Under the pieces are notes generated by a model. That model did no database searches, was not told where the DNA came from, and saw only the letters and a list, made by a program, of their open reading frames with translations. The position numbers and the translations under genes are program-made. Below are positions 56,193-64,000 of a DNA stretch of 64,000 bases, in pieces; position 1 is the first letter of the stretch; every line of letters begins with the position of its first letter. The stretch is from contig JAYZBQ010000058.1 in NCBI GenBank assembly GCA_036338695.1, positions 1-64,000 of the forward strand, read 5' to 3'. The stretch is from Myxococcota bacterium (GTDB taxonomy: Bacteria; Myxococcota; UBA4151).

Positions 56193-57818
56193 GTGACGAG
56201 CACCGCACGGCGATGGATCGCAGGCCCTTGGCGCGACAGCGTCTTGCTGGTCGGCTTGCCGCTGCTGATCCTGCCAGCGTGTGCGCTCATCCTAGGAGCA
56301 GGGCTTAGCGATGAGCGCCAACTGAATGCGTGGATCTTTGCGCTCGGCGCGCAAGGTCATCACCTGCCTGGCTGGCTGCGCGCCTATGGCGACAAAGCCG
56401 TGTTTTCGGCGTATCGCCAACGACTCATCTGGGGGCCGGCGGTGATCGTGAGTCTGAGCGTGGGCTTTGCGCTCGCCGATCTCCACGCGTTGGTACTGAC
56501 TGCCTATCTGTGGGGTGTTTGGCATGGGCTGATGCAGACCTACGGTGTGGCGCGAATCTATGGCCGGATGAACGGCGCAAGCGCACAGCTTGCTCGGTGG
56601 GACCTGCTCGTCTGCCAGGTCGGATTCATCGCAGCGGTTTTGGCTTCGCCCGTGCGACAACACTACATCCTCGACCTGGCGTTGCGCATCGGTTTGACCA
56701 TCCCAGACGCTGCAGCGCTTGAGGCCTTGCGCACCGTCGCCGTCCTCGCCACCGTGGCAGCGGTTTTCGGGTGGGTGGTGGTCAACCTGCGCGCCGGCTG
56801 GCGCCAAGCGCACCCAGCCCGGCTCGTGCTGATCCCGTCGAGCCTGGCGTTTTGGTGGTTTTGTAACCTAACGGTCGAGCATATGCTCATCGGCCTTGCG
56901 CTGTTCGAGGTGTTTCATGACCTTCAATATCTCGCCCTCGTGTGGTGGGTGGGCAGGGCGCGGCACCAGCAGGGGGCTGGGGGACGCTCGGCCCGGTGGC
57001 TCTATGGTCGAGGGGCGCTCTCGATCGGTCTCTACGCGGTCGCCTGTCTCTTGTACGGCGCGCTGGTGCCGCTCGGCGAGGCTGGCTCGACCTTTCAGCG
57101 CATCGGCGTAGGGGTTCTCGCCGCGTCGCAGCTTGTTCATTTCTATTTCGATGGGTTCATCTGGCGCCTGGGTGAGACGACACACAGCGGCTGGCTGCGG
57201 CAGGATGGCTCGAAGTCACAACAGCGCCACCACGCTCGCCCAGCGCTTGCCCTCGCTGCCCTGTCGCTGATCCTTGGCGCAGGTGTGCTCGAGCGGATGC
57301 AGCGCTCTCGCCCGGAGGATCGCATCGTGCGCTTAGCCGGTGTGATACCAGGAAGCCCCATCCTGCAGACCCAGCTCGGCGCGCTCCATCTCCAGCGCGA
57401 CGCGCTCCTCGATGCCGCAGGCGCCTACCGCGCAGCGCTGGCGCTGATCCCCGAGTACGACCTGGCGAGCGACGGACTTGAGCACGTTCTTCGGCGCGCA
57501 GCCGAGACCGGCGGGCTGCATCAACTCGTTGCCCCTGACTGCGAGCCGTTTGCGAGCACGCAGCACGCAGCCCTGGCGTTCAAAACGGGGCGCGTGGCGA
57601 TCGAGAGCGGTCGCCCCGAGCTGGCTCGACGGGCTTGGCACACGGCGCTGTGTATGGATCCACGCCACACCGCGGCGAGCCACAGCCTGGGCGTCTACTA
57701 CGCCCAGCGCGGCGACTACTCGGCGGCTGCAGCGATCCTGCGGCGTGCGCTCGAGCGTCAACCGAACGAGGCGCAGCTACGAGCTTTGCTCGAGCGAGTT
57801 ACTGACCGCCCCGAGTGA
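56193..57818 (+). CDS. His-motif polytopic membrane protein fused to TPR repeats
   Basis: HHLPG..RAY, WHGLMQTYG, FHDLQY, HFYFDGFIW; TPR-like tail; GGAG before GTG 56193. Confidence 0.7.
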   Translation: MTSTARRWIAGPWRDSVLLVGLPLLILPACALILGAGLSDERQLNAWIFALGAQGHHLPGWLRAYGDKAVFSAYRQRLIWGPAVIVSLSVGFALADLHALVLTAYLWGVWHGLMQTYGVARIYGRMNGASAQLARWDLLVCQVGFIAAVLASPVRQHYILDLALRIGLTIPDAAALEALRTVAVLATVAAVFGWVVVNLRAGWRQAHPARLVLIPSSLAFWWFCNLTVEHMLIGLALFEVFHDLQYLALVWWVGRARHQQGAGGRSARWLYGRGALSIGLYAVACLLYGALVPLGEAGSTFQRIGVGVLAASQLVHFYFDGFIWRLGETTHSGWLRQDGSKSQQRHHARPALALAALSLILGAGVLERMQRSRPEDRIVRLAGVIPGSPILQTQLGALHLQRDALLDAAGAYRAALALIPEYDLASDGLEHVLRRAAETGGLHQLVAPDCEPFASTQHAALAFKTGRVAIESGRPELARRAWHTALCMDPRHTAASHSLGVYYAQRGDYSAAAAILRRALERQPNEAQLRALLERVTDRPE

Positions 57819-59304
57819 CAAATTCCCACGCCTTCTTAAGCGAGGCAGCGCTGACCTTGGCGCCGTTGCCCGTCTGATCCCGCAGGTAGTCATAAATGGG
57901 AGCGCGCCACGGGATCCCTAACATCAGGGGCTTGGGGTCGTACTCTTTGAAGCGGTACCCGTCGCCCCCACCGAGCATGAAATCGTTAATCAGGACGCGC
58001 ACCTTGGCGTCATCGGTCATCTCCTTGCCGCGAACGAACAGCTTGCCGTCTCGCAGCTCCGCACCGGAGGCGATGGTCTGCGGATTAGCGAAGGCTTCGA
58101 TGAGCTGCGCTTTGGTCAGCTCGACGCGCACGACCGTGTTGTTGAAGGGGAGGAGCCCGATGACCGATTGAACGGTGATCTCGCCGGGAAGAAACGAGGA
58201 GCGCAGCGCGCCCCGGTTGTTGATCGCGACCTCGGCGTCGGGGATCTGCTCAAGCCAAGCGAGGGTGACCAACTGCCCGAGCGCGTTCTGCTCGCTCCCG
58301 CCCTTGCGACCAAGCGGCCCGACGGCTTGCGCGAGCACCTCTTTACCACGCTGTGCGACCTCCTCTTTAGCGTCCTCGTAGATCTGCTTGAGGATCGGGT
58401 CGTTGATGTCATTGTCGCGGCTGCCCATCGGGTCGCGCTGAACCAAGCCCACTTTGCCCGTGGTCTTGTCGATCTCCACCTGGCAGACCTCACGGAGCTT
58501 GTCGTAGGGCACGCAGAACGCGATTCCCTCGGACTGCATCTCAAAGGGCTGATAGATGTGACCGCCGAACACGGCGCGCACCCCAAGCGCTGCCAGCGGC
58601 TTCGCCACCGGTTCGAGCTCTGCTGCGCTGTCATGGATCAGAATGATCGTGGCCTGGGCGCCTGCATCTTTAGCCTTTTGAGCCTCAGCCAAGGCGCTCT
58701 CGGCATAGTCCGAGAAGACGATCCCCTCGATGTTCGTCGCCAGGGTCACCTTCGGCGTGTCCAGATAGGTCAACCCGATGATGCCGAGCTTGAACCCTTT
58801 GACATCGACGATGATGTGCCCCTCGACCGGCATTGCCTTGTCTGCGGGGACTTCCATGTTGGCGCCGAGGTAGCTGTACGCACTGGCCTTTGCGTTTCGG
58901 CGGAACGCCTCGACGCCGAAATCGAACTCGTGGTTGCCCATCGCCGCAGCGCGGTACCCGAGGTGATTCATGGCTTTGACCATGGGCTCCCCCTGAAGCA
59001 GGGTGCTTAGCGCCGGCCCGGTCCAAGAATCACCGCTCGAGACGAGCACGTCGAGGTCACGATCAAAGCCGTGATCCTTAAGATATCGGCTCAGCAGCTC
59101 AAAGCCGCCGGTCCGGACATCGTGCGATTTGCTGTAGCGCCCCTCAAACCATCCATGCTCGTCGCTGGTGTGGAAAATCCGAAGGATGTTACCGTCTACT
59201 TTACGAGCCGCATCGACAGCTTTAGCCTCGGGCGCAACCTCGGTGTTCTTCGGCGCCGTCTTGCAGGCGGCAACAAGAAGCGAAAGGGTCAGCAAAGAGC
59301 GCAT
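57799..59304 (-). CDS. Bifunctional metallophosphatase / 5'-nucleotidase lipoprotein
   Basis: HTSDEHG, SGD, GNHEFD, GGH, N.GALR, LPF.N, GGDGY. Confidence 0.9.
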   Translation of the reverse strand: MRSLLTLSLLVAACKTAPKNTEVAPEAKAVDAARKVDGNILRIFHTSDEHGWFEGRYSKSHDVRTGGFELLSRYLKDHGFDRDLDVLVSSGDSWTGPALSTLLQGEPMVKAMNHLGYRAAAMGNHEFDFGVEAFRRNAKASAYSYLGANMEVPADKAMPVEGHIIVDVKGFKLGIIGLTYLDTPKVTLATNIEGIVFSDYAESALAEAQKAKDAGAQATIILIHDSAAELEPVAKPLAALGVRAVFGGHIYQPFEMQSEGIAFCVPYDKLREVCQVEIDKTTGKVGLVQRDPMGSRDNDINDPILKQIYEDAKEEVAQRGKEVLAQAVGPLGRKGGSEQNALGQLVTLAWLEQIPDAEVAINNRGALRSSFLPGEITVQSVIGLLPFNNTVVRVELTKAQLIEAFANPQTIASGAELRDGKLFVRGKEMTDDAKVRVLINDFMLGGGDGYRFKEYDPKPLMLGIPWRAPIYDYLRDQTGNGAKVSAASLKKAWEFVTRGGQ

Positions 59305-59371
59305 GAGATCTCCTTAGGGGAGTCGGTTCATACGAGCTACGGCGCATTGTGGAAAGGTTAGAATCGTTCTG

Positions 59372-60556
59372 ATGAACTCGGCAGCTACGGACCCCGTGCT
59401 CCTGCGCGACGGCCTCGCGGCTTGGCGAGCCAGCCTCGCTGAACTCGAGCGCCGGAGCAGCCTCGCCTCGCTCACCTGGCATCCGCCGAATCAGCTGACC
59501 TACGACGGCGCCGTCGTCTTCTCGGGTTGTGATCAAGTCCATGTGCTCGCCGTGGGTAAAGCCGCTTGCCAGCTCGCCCGAGCGGCTTCCGCTCAGCTCG
59601 GCGATCGCCTGGCAGGCGGACTCGTCGTCTGCCTCGCCTCCGATCCGACCTCAGGTCTGGACGAGCGCTGGCAGCGTGCACCCGGCGCTCACCCCGCACC
59701 CAATGACTCAAGCCTTGCCGCTGGTGAGGCGGTCATGCGGTGGCTGGTGCAGCTGAATCCGAATGATCATCTCCTGGTGCTCATGAGCGGTGGCGGATCA
59801 GCCATGATGGAGGTCCCTGCGAGCGGATGGGACCTGGCTGGATTGGCGCAGCAGCGACTCAGCGACCTCAACAGAGGTTACACCATCGAGGCGATCAACC
59901 AGCGAGCTTCGGCGCGCAGCGCGCTCAAAGATGGGCGTTTGGCAAGGCTCGTTCCGTGCCCATGGCGACAGCTGACCCTCAACGACGTCAGCGACGCGCC
60001 GGACGGCTGCGTCTCTTCGGGGCCTTTTCTCGGCTTGAGTGGAAGTGACCTCCAGATCGCAAACCACCTCACGGCGCGGCAGGCGGCGATGCACGCGCTG
60101 GCTGAGCGAGGCTACCGCGTCGCCAGCGGGGACACGCTCAAGGGCGAGGCGCAGCGAGCCGGGGCAAGCTTACCGGACGCCGGCCCGTGGGACGCCCTCG
60201 TGCTCAGCGGCGAGACCGTCGTAACCGGACCGTACTCCGGTCGCGGCGGGCGAAACCTCGAGCTCATCGCCGGTTGGCTCTTGAGGCAGCATCACCCTGC
60301 GCACTGGGCTTTGGTCGCTGGGTCCACCGACGGCGCAGACGGCAGCAGCGGCGCCCCCGGTGCCTTCTATAACTCGCGTGACGCCATCGATCGAGCGAGC
60401 CTCGAGCGTGCGCTTGCACGGCACGACACCGCGCCATGGTTTGCGCAGCGTGGGCGCCTCCTTCCGACGCATCACGCCGCCAGCCATACGGGAGATTTGG
60501 TGATCCTCATTCGCCGTGGTCGTTCGCCCGAGACCGGCGTCTCATCACCCGGCTAG
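59372..60556 (+). CDS. Glycerate kinase, class II (DUF4147/MOFRL)
   Basis: GKAA, GAHP.P, MSGGGSA, SGETVV, GRGGRN.E, TDG.DG. Confidence 0.8.
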   Translation: MNSAATDPVLLRDGLAAWRASLAELERRSSLASLTWHPPNQLTYDGAVVFSGCDQVHVLAVGKAACQLARAASAQLGDRLAGGLVVCLASDPTSGLDERWQRAPGAHPAPNDSSLAAGEAVMRWLVQLNPNDHLLVLMSGGGSAMMEVPASGWDLAGLAQQRLSDLNRGYTIEAINQRASARSALKDGRLARLVPCPWRQLTLNDVSDAPDGCVSSGPFLGLSGSDLQIANHLTARQAAMHALAERGYRVASGDTLKGEAQRAGASLPDAGPWDALVLSGETVVTGPYSGRGGRNLELIAGWLLRQHHPAHWALVAGSTDGADGSSGAPGAFYNSRDAIDRASLERALARHDTAPWFAQRGRLLPTHHAASHTGDLVILIRRGRSPETGVSSPG

Positions 60557-60639
60557 GTGAAATGAGCGAATGGGGTGGACCGTTGCGGCTCCTTTCCCTA
60601 GGTTCGGCGCCGTCGAGACGGACGACGGATAGGAACGGC

Positions 60640-62187
60640 ATGCGTATCGGGATTCCGAAAGAGACGCTGGCGGGCGAGCGACGAGTCGCTGCGACCCCAG
60701 CCTCCATCAAGAAACTCATCAAGCTGGGCTACGAGGTCTGCGTGCAGCCAGGCGCCGGCGAACAAGCCAGTTTTCGCGACAGCGACTACACGGACGCGGG
60801 CGCAACTCTGGCAGACAATATCTGGGCTGAGGCTCAGATCGTCCTCAAGGTGAACCCACCTGACGCTTCCGAGGTCGCCCAGCTCGACGCATCCAAAACG
60901 CTGATCTCCTACGTGCTGCCCGCAAAGAACAGCGGCATCGCTGAGCAGCTCAGCGCCACAGGGGCTACCGTGCTCGGTATCTGCTGTGTGCCGCGCATCA
61001 GCCGCGCCCAGAAGATGGACGCGCGCAGCTCCATGGCGAACATCGCTGGCTACCGCGGCGTGATCGAAGCGGCGAACCACTTCGGGAGCTTCTTTACGGG
61101 TCAGATCACGGCGGCAGGTAAGGTCCCGCCCGCTAAGGTGCTGGTCGTCGGTGCTGGGGTCGCCGGACTGGCGAGCATCGGCGCTGCACGCGGTCTGGGC
61201 GCGATCGTTCGCGCCTTTGATGTGCGCACGGCCGTCAAGGATCAAGTCGGTAGCCTCGGCGCTGAATTCCTTGAGGTCGACGTCCAGGAAGACGGCGAGA
61301 CGGCCGGCGGCTACGCGAAGGAGATGTCGGACGCCTACAAAGAGGCTCAGCGGCAGCTGTTTCTCGATCAAGCGGCCGAGGTCGATATCGTCATCACCAC
61401 GGCGCTGGTTGCGGGCAGTAAAGCGCCGATCCTCTGGGACGACGCCATGGTCGAAGCCATGAAGCCGGGGTCGGTGGTCGTGGACCTCGCCGCCGAGCAA
61501 GGCGGTAACTGCTCGAAGACGGTCCCGGGCGAGGTGGCGCAGGTTGACGGCGTCACCATCGTCGGTCACCGCGACCTCACCAGCCGTTTGCCCGTCACAG
61601 CGAGCGAGCTGTACGCTCAAAATCTTGTCCACTTGCTCAGTGATATGACGGTGGATGGGGAGCTGACCGTCGACCATGAAGACGAGGTGGTTCGCGGCGC
61701 GCTGGTCTGCCAAAACGGTGAGGTCATGTGGCCTCCGCCAGCCCCCCCTGCGCCTGCTCCGCAGCCCAAGCCGGCGCCTGAGCTAGAGCCTGAGCCAGTA
61801 GCCGAAGCGGAGGAAGAGCGCAGCCCGACGCCGTGGCTGCTCTATGCCACCATCCCGCTGACGGCGCTGTGGCTTTTCTTCAAGTTCAGCGCCGGAGACG
61901 CAGATGGCGGCGAGTCGCCCTTCCTGCAGCACTTCACGGTCTTTGTCTTGGCGTGTTTTGTCGGTTGGCAGGTGGTCTGGAACGTCACCCACGCACTGCA
62001 CACGCCGTTGATGTCGGTGACCAACGCCATCAGCGGGATCATCATCGTCGGGGGCTTACTGCAAGCCTCCGGCGCGCTGACATCGCCAGCGACGCTCCTT
62101 GGGGTCGCCGCTATTTTCTTCGCAACGATCAACATCAGCGGCGGGTTCTTGGTGACCAAGCGTATGCTGCAGATGTTCCGGAAGTAG
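60640..62187 (+). CDS. pntA: NAD(P) transhydrogenase subunit alpha
   Basis: [41 protein letters not shown]. Confidence 0.96.
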   Translation: MRIGIPKETLAGERRVAATPASIKKLIKLGYEVCVQPGAGEQASFRDSDYTDAGATLADNIWAEAQIVLKVNPPDASEVAQLDASKTLISYVLPAKNSGIAEQLSATGATVLGICCVPRISRAQKMDARSSMANIAGYRGVIEAANHFGSFFTGQITAAGKVPPAKVLVVGAGVAGLASIGAARGLGAIVRAFDVRTAVKDQVGSLGAEFLEVDVQEDGETAGGYAKEMSDAYKEAQRQLFLDQAAEVDIVITTALVAGSKAPILWDDAMVEAMKPGSVVVDLAAEQGGNCSKTVPGEVAQVDGVTIVGHRDLTSRLPVTASELYAQNLVHLLSDMTVDGELTVDHEDEVVRGALVCQNGEVMWPPPAPPAPAPQPKPAPELEPEPVAEAEEERSPTPWLLYATIPLTALWLFFKFSAGDADGGESPFLQHFTVFVLACFVGWQVVWNVTHALHTPLMSVTNAISGIIIVGGLLQASGALTSPATLLGVAAIFFATINISGGFLVTKRMLQMFRK

Positions 62188-62198
62188 GGGAGTAAGCC

Positions 62199-63593
62199 AT
62201 GGAACAGTCGCTTCTCACCACAGCGTATCTCTTCGCCTCCGTCTTTTTCATCCTCAGCTTGCGCGGCCTGAGCAGCCAGGAGACCGCCAAAACCGGTAAC
62301 TGGTACGGCATCGTCGGGATGGTCGTGGCGATCGGCGCAACCGTCCTCTCGGACAGCGTCACCGGCTACGGCCCGATCCTGATCGCCATCGCCGTCGCTG
62401 CGATCATCGGTGCCGTCCTCGCCGCACGCGTCGAGATGACGGCGATGCCCGAGCTGGTCGCCATCCTGCACAGCTTTGTCGGCTTGGCCGCCGTGTTCGT
62501 CGGCTTCGCGCTCTACCTCGACGAGTCGGGCGAGGTCCACGGCAGCCGCACCGTCATGCTCATTGAGATCGCGGTCGATGTCTTCCTCGCCGCCATCACC
62601 TTCACCGGCTCCGTGCTGGCGTTCTTGAAGCTACGCGGCACGCTCAGCGGCACCCCGCTGCTGCTGCCGGGGCGTCACCTGATCAACCTTGCGATGGTGA
62701 TCGGCTGCGTCGTCTTGAGCGTGCTGTTCTGCCAGGCCGAGGGCACGAGCGGGCTCAACTACCTGCTGATCATGTCGCTGATCGCCTCGGTGCTCGGCGT
62801 GCACCTGGTGGCAGCGATCGGTGGCGCCGATATGCCCGTCGTGGTGAGTATGCTGAACAGCTACTCGGGTTGGACGGCAGCTGCCGCCGGCTTCATGCTG
62901 GGGAACGACCTCTTGATCATCACCGGGGCGCTGGTTGGCTCCTCGGGCGCCATTCTGTCGTACATCATGTGCAAGGCGATGAACCGCTCGATCGTCAACG
63001 TCATCTTCGGTGGCTTTGGCACCGGTGGTGGAGCCGCCGCCGGACCGGCTCAAGCGGTCGAGGGTGAGATCACCGAGTTCAGCGTTGAGGATGTCGTCGA
63101 CGAGCTGCGCGACGCAACGTCCGTGATCATCGTCCCTGGCTACGGGATGGCGGTGGCGCAGGCGCAGCACGCCGTACGGACCATGACGGACATCCTGCGC
63201 AAAGCGGGTACAGACGTCCGCTTTGGGATCCACCCGGTCGCGGGCAGGCTCCCTGGTCATATGAACGTGCTGCTCGCCGAGGCGAACGTCCCTTATGACA
63301 TCGTGCTCGAGATGGACGAGCTCAACGACGACTTCCCCGAGACCGACGTCGTGCTGATCATCGGCGCGAACGACATCGTCAACCCAAGCGCTCAGACCGA
63401 CCCCAACAGCCCGATCGCCGGGATGCCGGTCCTCGAGGTCTGGAAGGCGCGCCGAGCGGTTATGATGAAGCGCAGCCGGCGCACCGGCTACGCGGGCGTC
63501 GACAACCCGCTCTTCTACGAGCCCAACACGCGCATGCTCTTTGGGGACGCTAAAGACTCGATGGATGCGATCGTCAGCGCGCTCAAAAGCTAG
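62199..63593 (+). CDS. pntB: NAD(P) transhydrogenase subunit beta
   Basis: [49 protein letters not shown]. Confidence 0.96.
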   Translation: MEQSLLTTAYLFASVFFILSLRGLSSQETAKTGNWYGIVGMVVAIGATVLSDSVTGYGPILIAIAVAAIIGAVLAARVEMTAMPELVAILHSFVGLAAVFVGFALYLDESGEVHGSRTVMLIEIAVDVFLAAITFTGSVLAFLKLRGTLSGTPLLLPGRHLINLAMVIGCVVLSVLFCQAEGTSGLNYLLIMSLIASVLGVHLVAAIGGADMPVVVSMLNSYSGWTAAAAGFMLGNDLLIITGALVGSSGAILSYIMCKAMNRSIVNVIFGGFGTGGGAAAGPAQAVEGEITEFSVEDVVDELRDATSVIIVPGYGMAVAQAQHAVRTMTDILRKAGTDVRFGIHPVAGRLPGHMNVLLAEANVPYDIVLEMDELNDDFPETDVVLIIGANDIVNPSAQTDPNSPIAGMPVLEVWKARRAVMMKRSRRTGYAGVDNPLFYEPNTRMLFGDAKDSMDAIVSALKS

Positions 63594-64000
63594 ACGGCGC
63601 CGCGCACCACATCGCCTGCTCGCATTACCAGTGAGGGGCGAAAGCGCTCGCTGACGGTCTCGAATTCGGCGCGCGACAGAGCGATCAGATCGGCGCGTTT
63701 ACCCGGCTGCAAGCTGCCGCGGTCGTCCAGCCCGAGCGCCTGCGCGCCGTTGCGCGTGGCGGCACGCCAGCAGTCGAGCGCATCCAGGCCGTGATCACGT
63801 AGACCTGCGAGCTCGACCCCGATGTTTCCGTGCGGGTTGCCCGGCGTGCCTGCGTCCGTGCCGGTCGCAATACAGCAGCCCGCAGCGTGGGCTCGGCGGA
63901 TGCTGTCACCGTGCGGGATCGCCGCCTCGGTCAGTTTCTGATTGATCTCATCGGGTAGCAGATCGCTCATCCTGCGCATACAGATCAGCGCGGCGAGGGT
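63590..64000 (-). CDS. Amidohydrolase family protein (3' part only)
   Basis: [35 protein letters not shown]; the 5' part lies beyond the window. Confidence 0.85.
   Translation of the reverse strand, partial: TLAALICMRRMSDLLPDEINQKLTEAAIPHGDSIRRAHAAGCCIATGTDAGTPGNPHGNIGVELAGLRDHGLDALDCWRAATRNGAQALGLDDRGSLQPGKRADLIALSRAEFETVSERFRPSLVMRAGDVVRGAV

Overview
This is a GC-rich, very gene-dense bacterial window that is most consistent with a Myxococcota (myxobacteria-like) genome. Support for that comes from myxobacterial Cys-rich (DUF4215-type) repeat proteins, a MYXO-CTERM-like tail, DAG-linker lipoproteins and a Ser/Thr kinase-ATPase fusion. About 50 CDS are supported. The region from 1 to 20.4 kb is a surface-protein region: two FG-GAP/CRTAC-like paralogs, three Cys-repeat proteins with different C-terminal tips plus a gene stub, two zinc peptidases and a fibrinogen-domain protein. 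Elsewhere are uup, a glutathione peroxidase, yaeQ, a YihQ-related GH31, a complete oleABCD cluster, a Bacillus-type transglutaminase, prolyl oligopeptidase, a sterol-desaturase-family gene, exbB-exbD-tonB, nth, an extracytoplasmic redox/DegP gene run and pntAB. I found no rRNA, tRNA, CRISPR array, transposase or integrase. The best new signal is missing from the ORF track: a 28-codon, apparently leaderless ORF with seven consecutive Cys codons (23544-23630). It is embedded in mutually exclusive hairpins upstream of an orphan ATP-grasp ligase and is a candidate cysteine-sensing attenuator. The second is a bacterial lipoprotein resembling the selenoprotein P N-terminal domain, with CxxC in place of UxxC. 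All family calls come from motifs recognised by eye; no searches were run.
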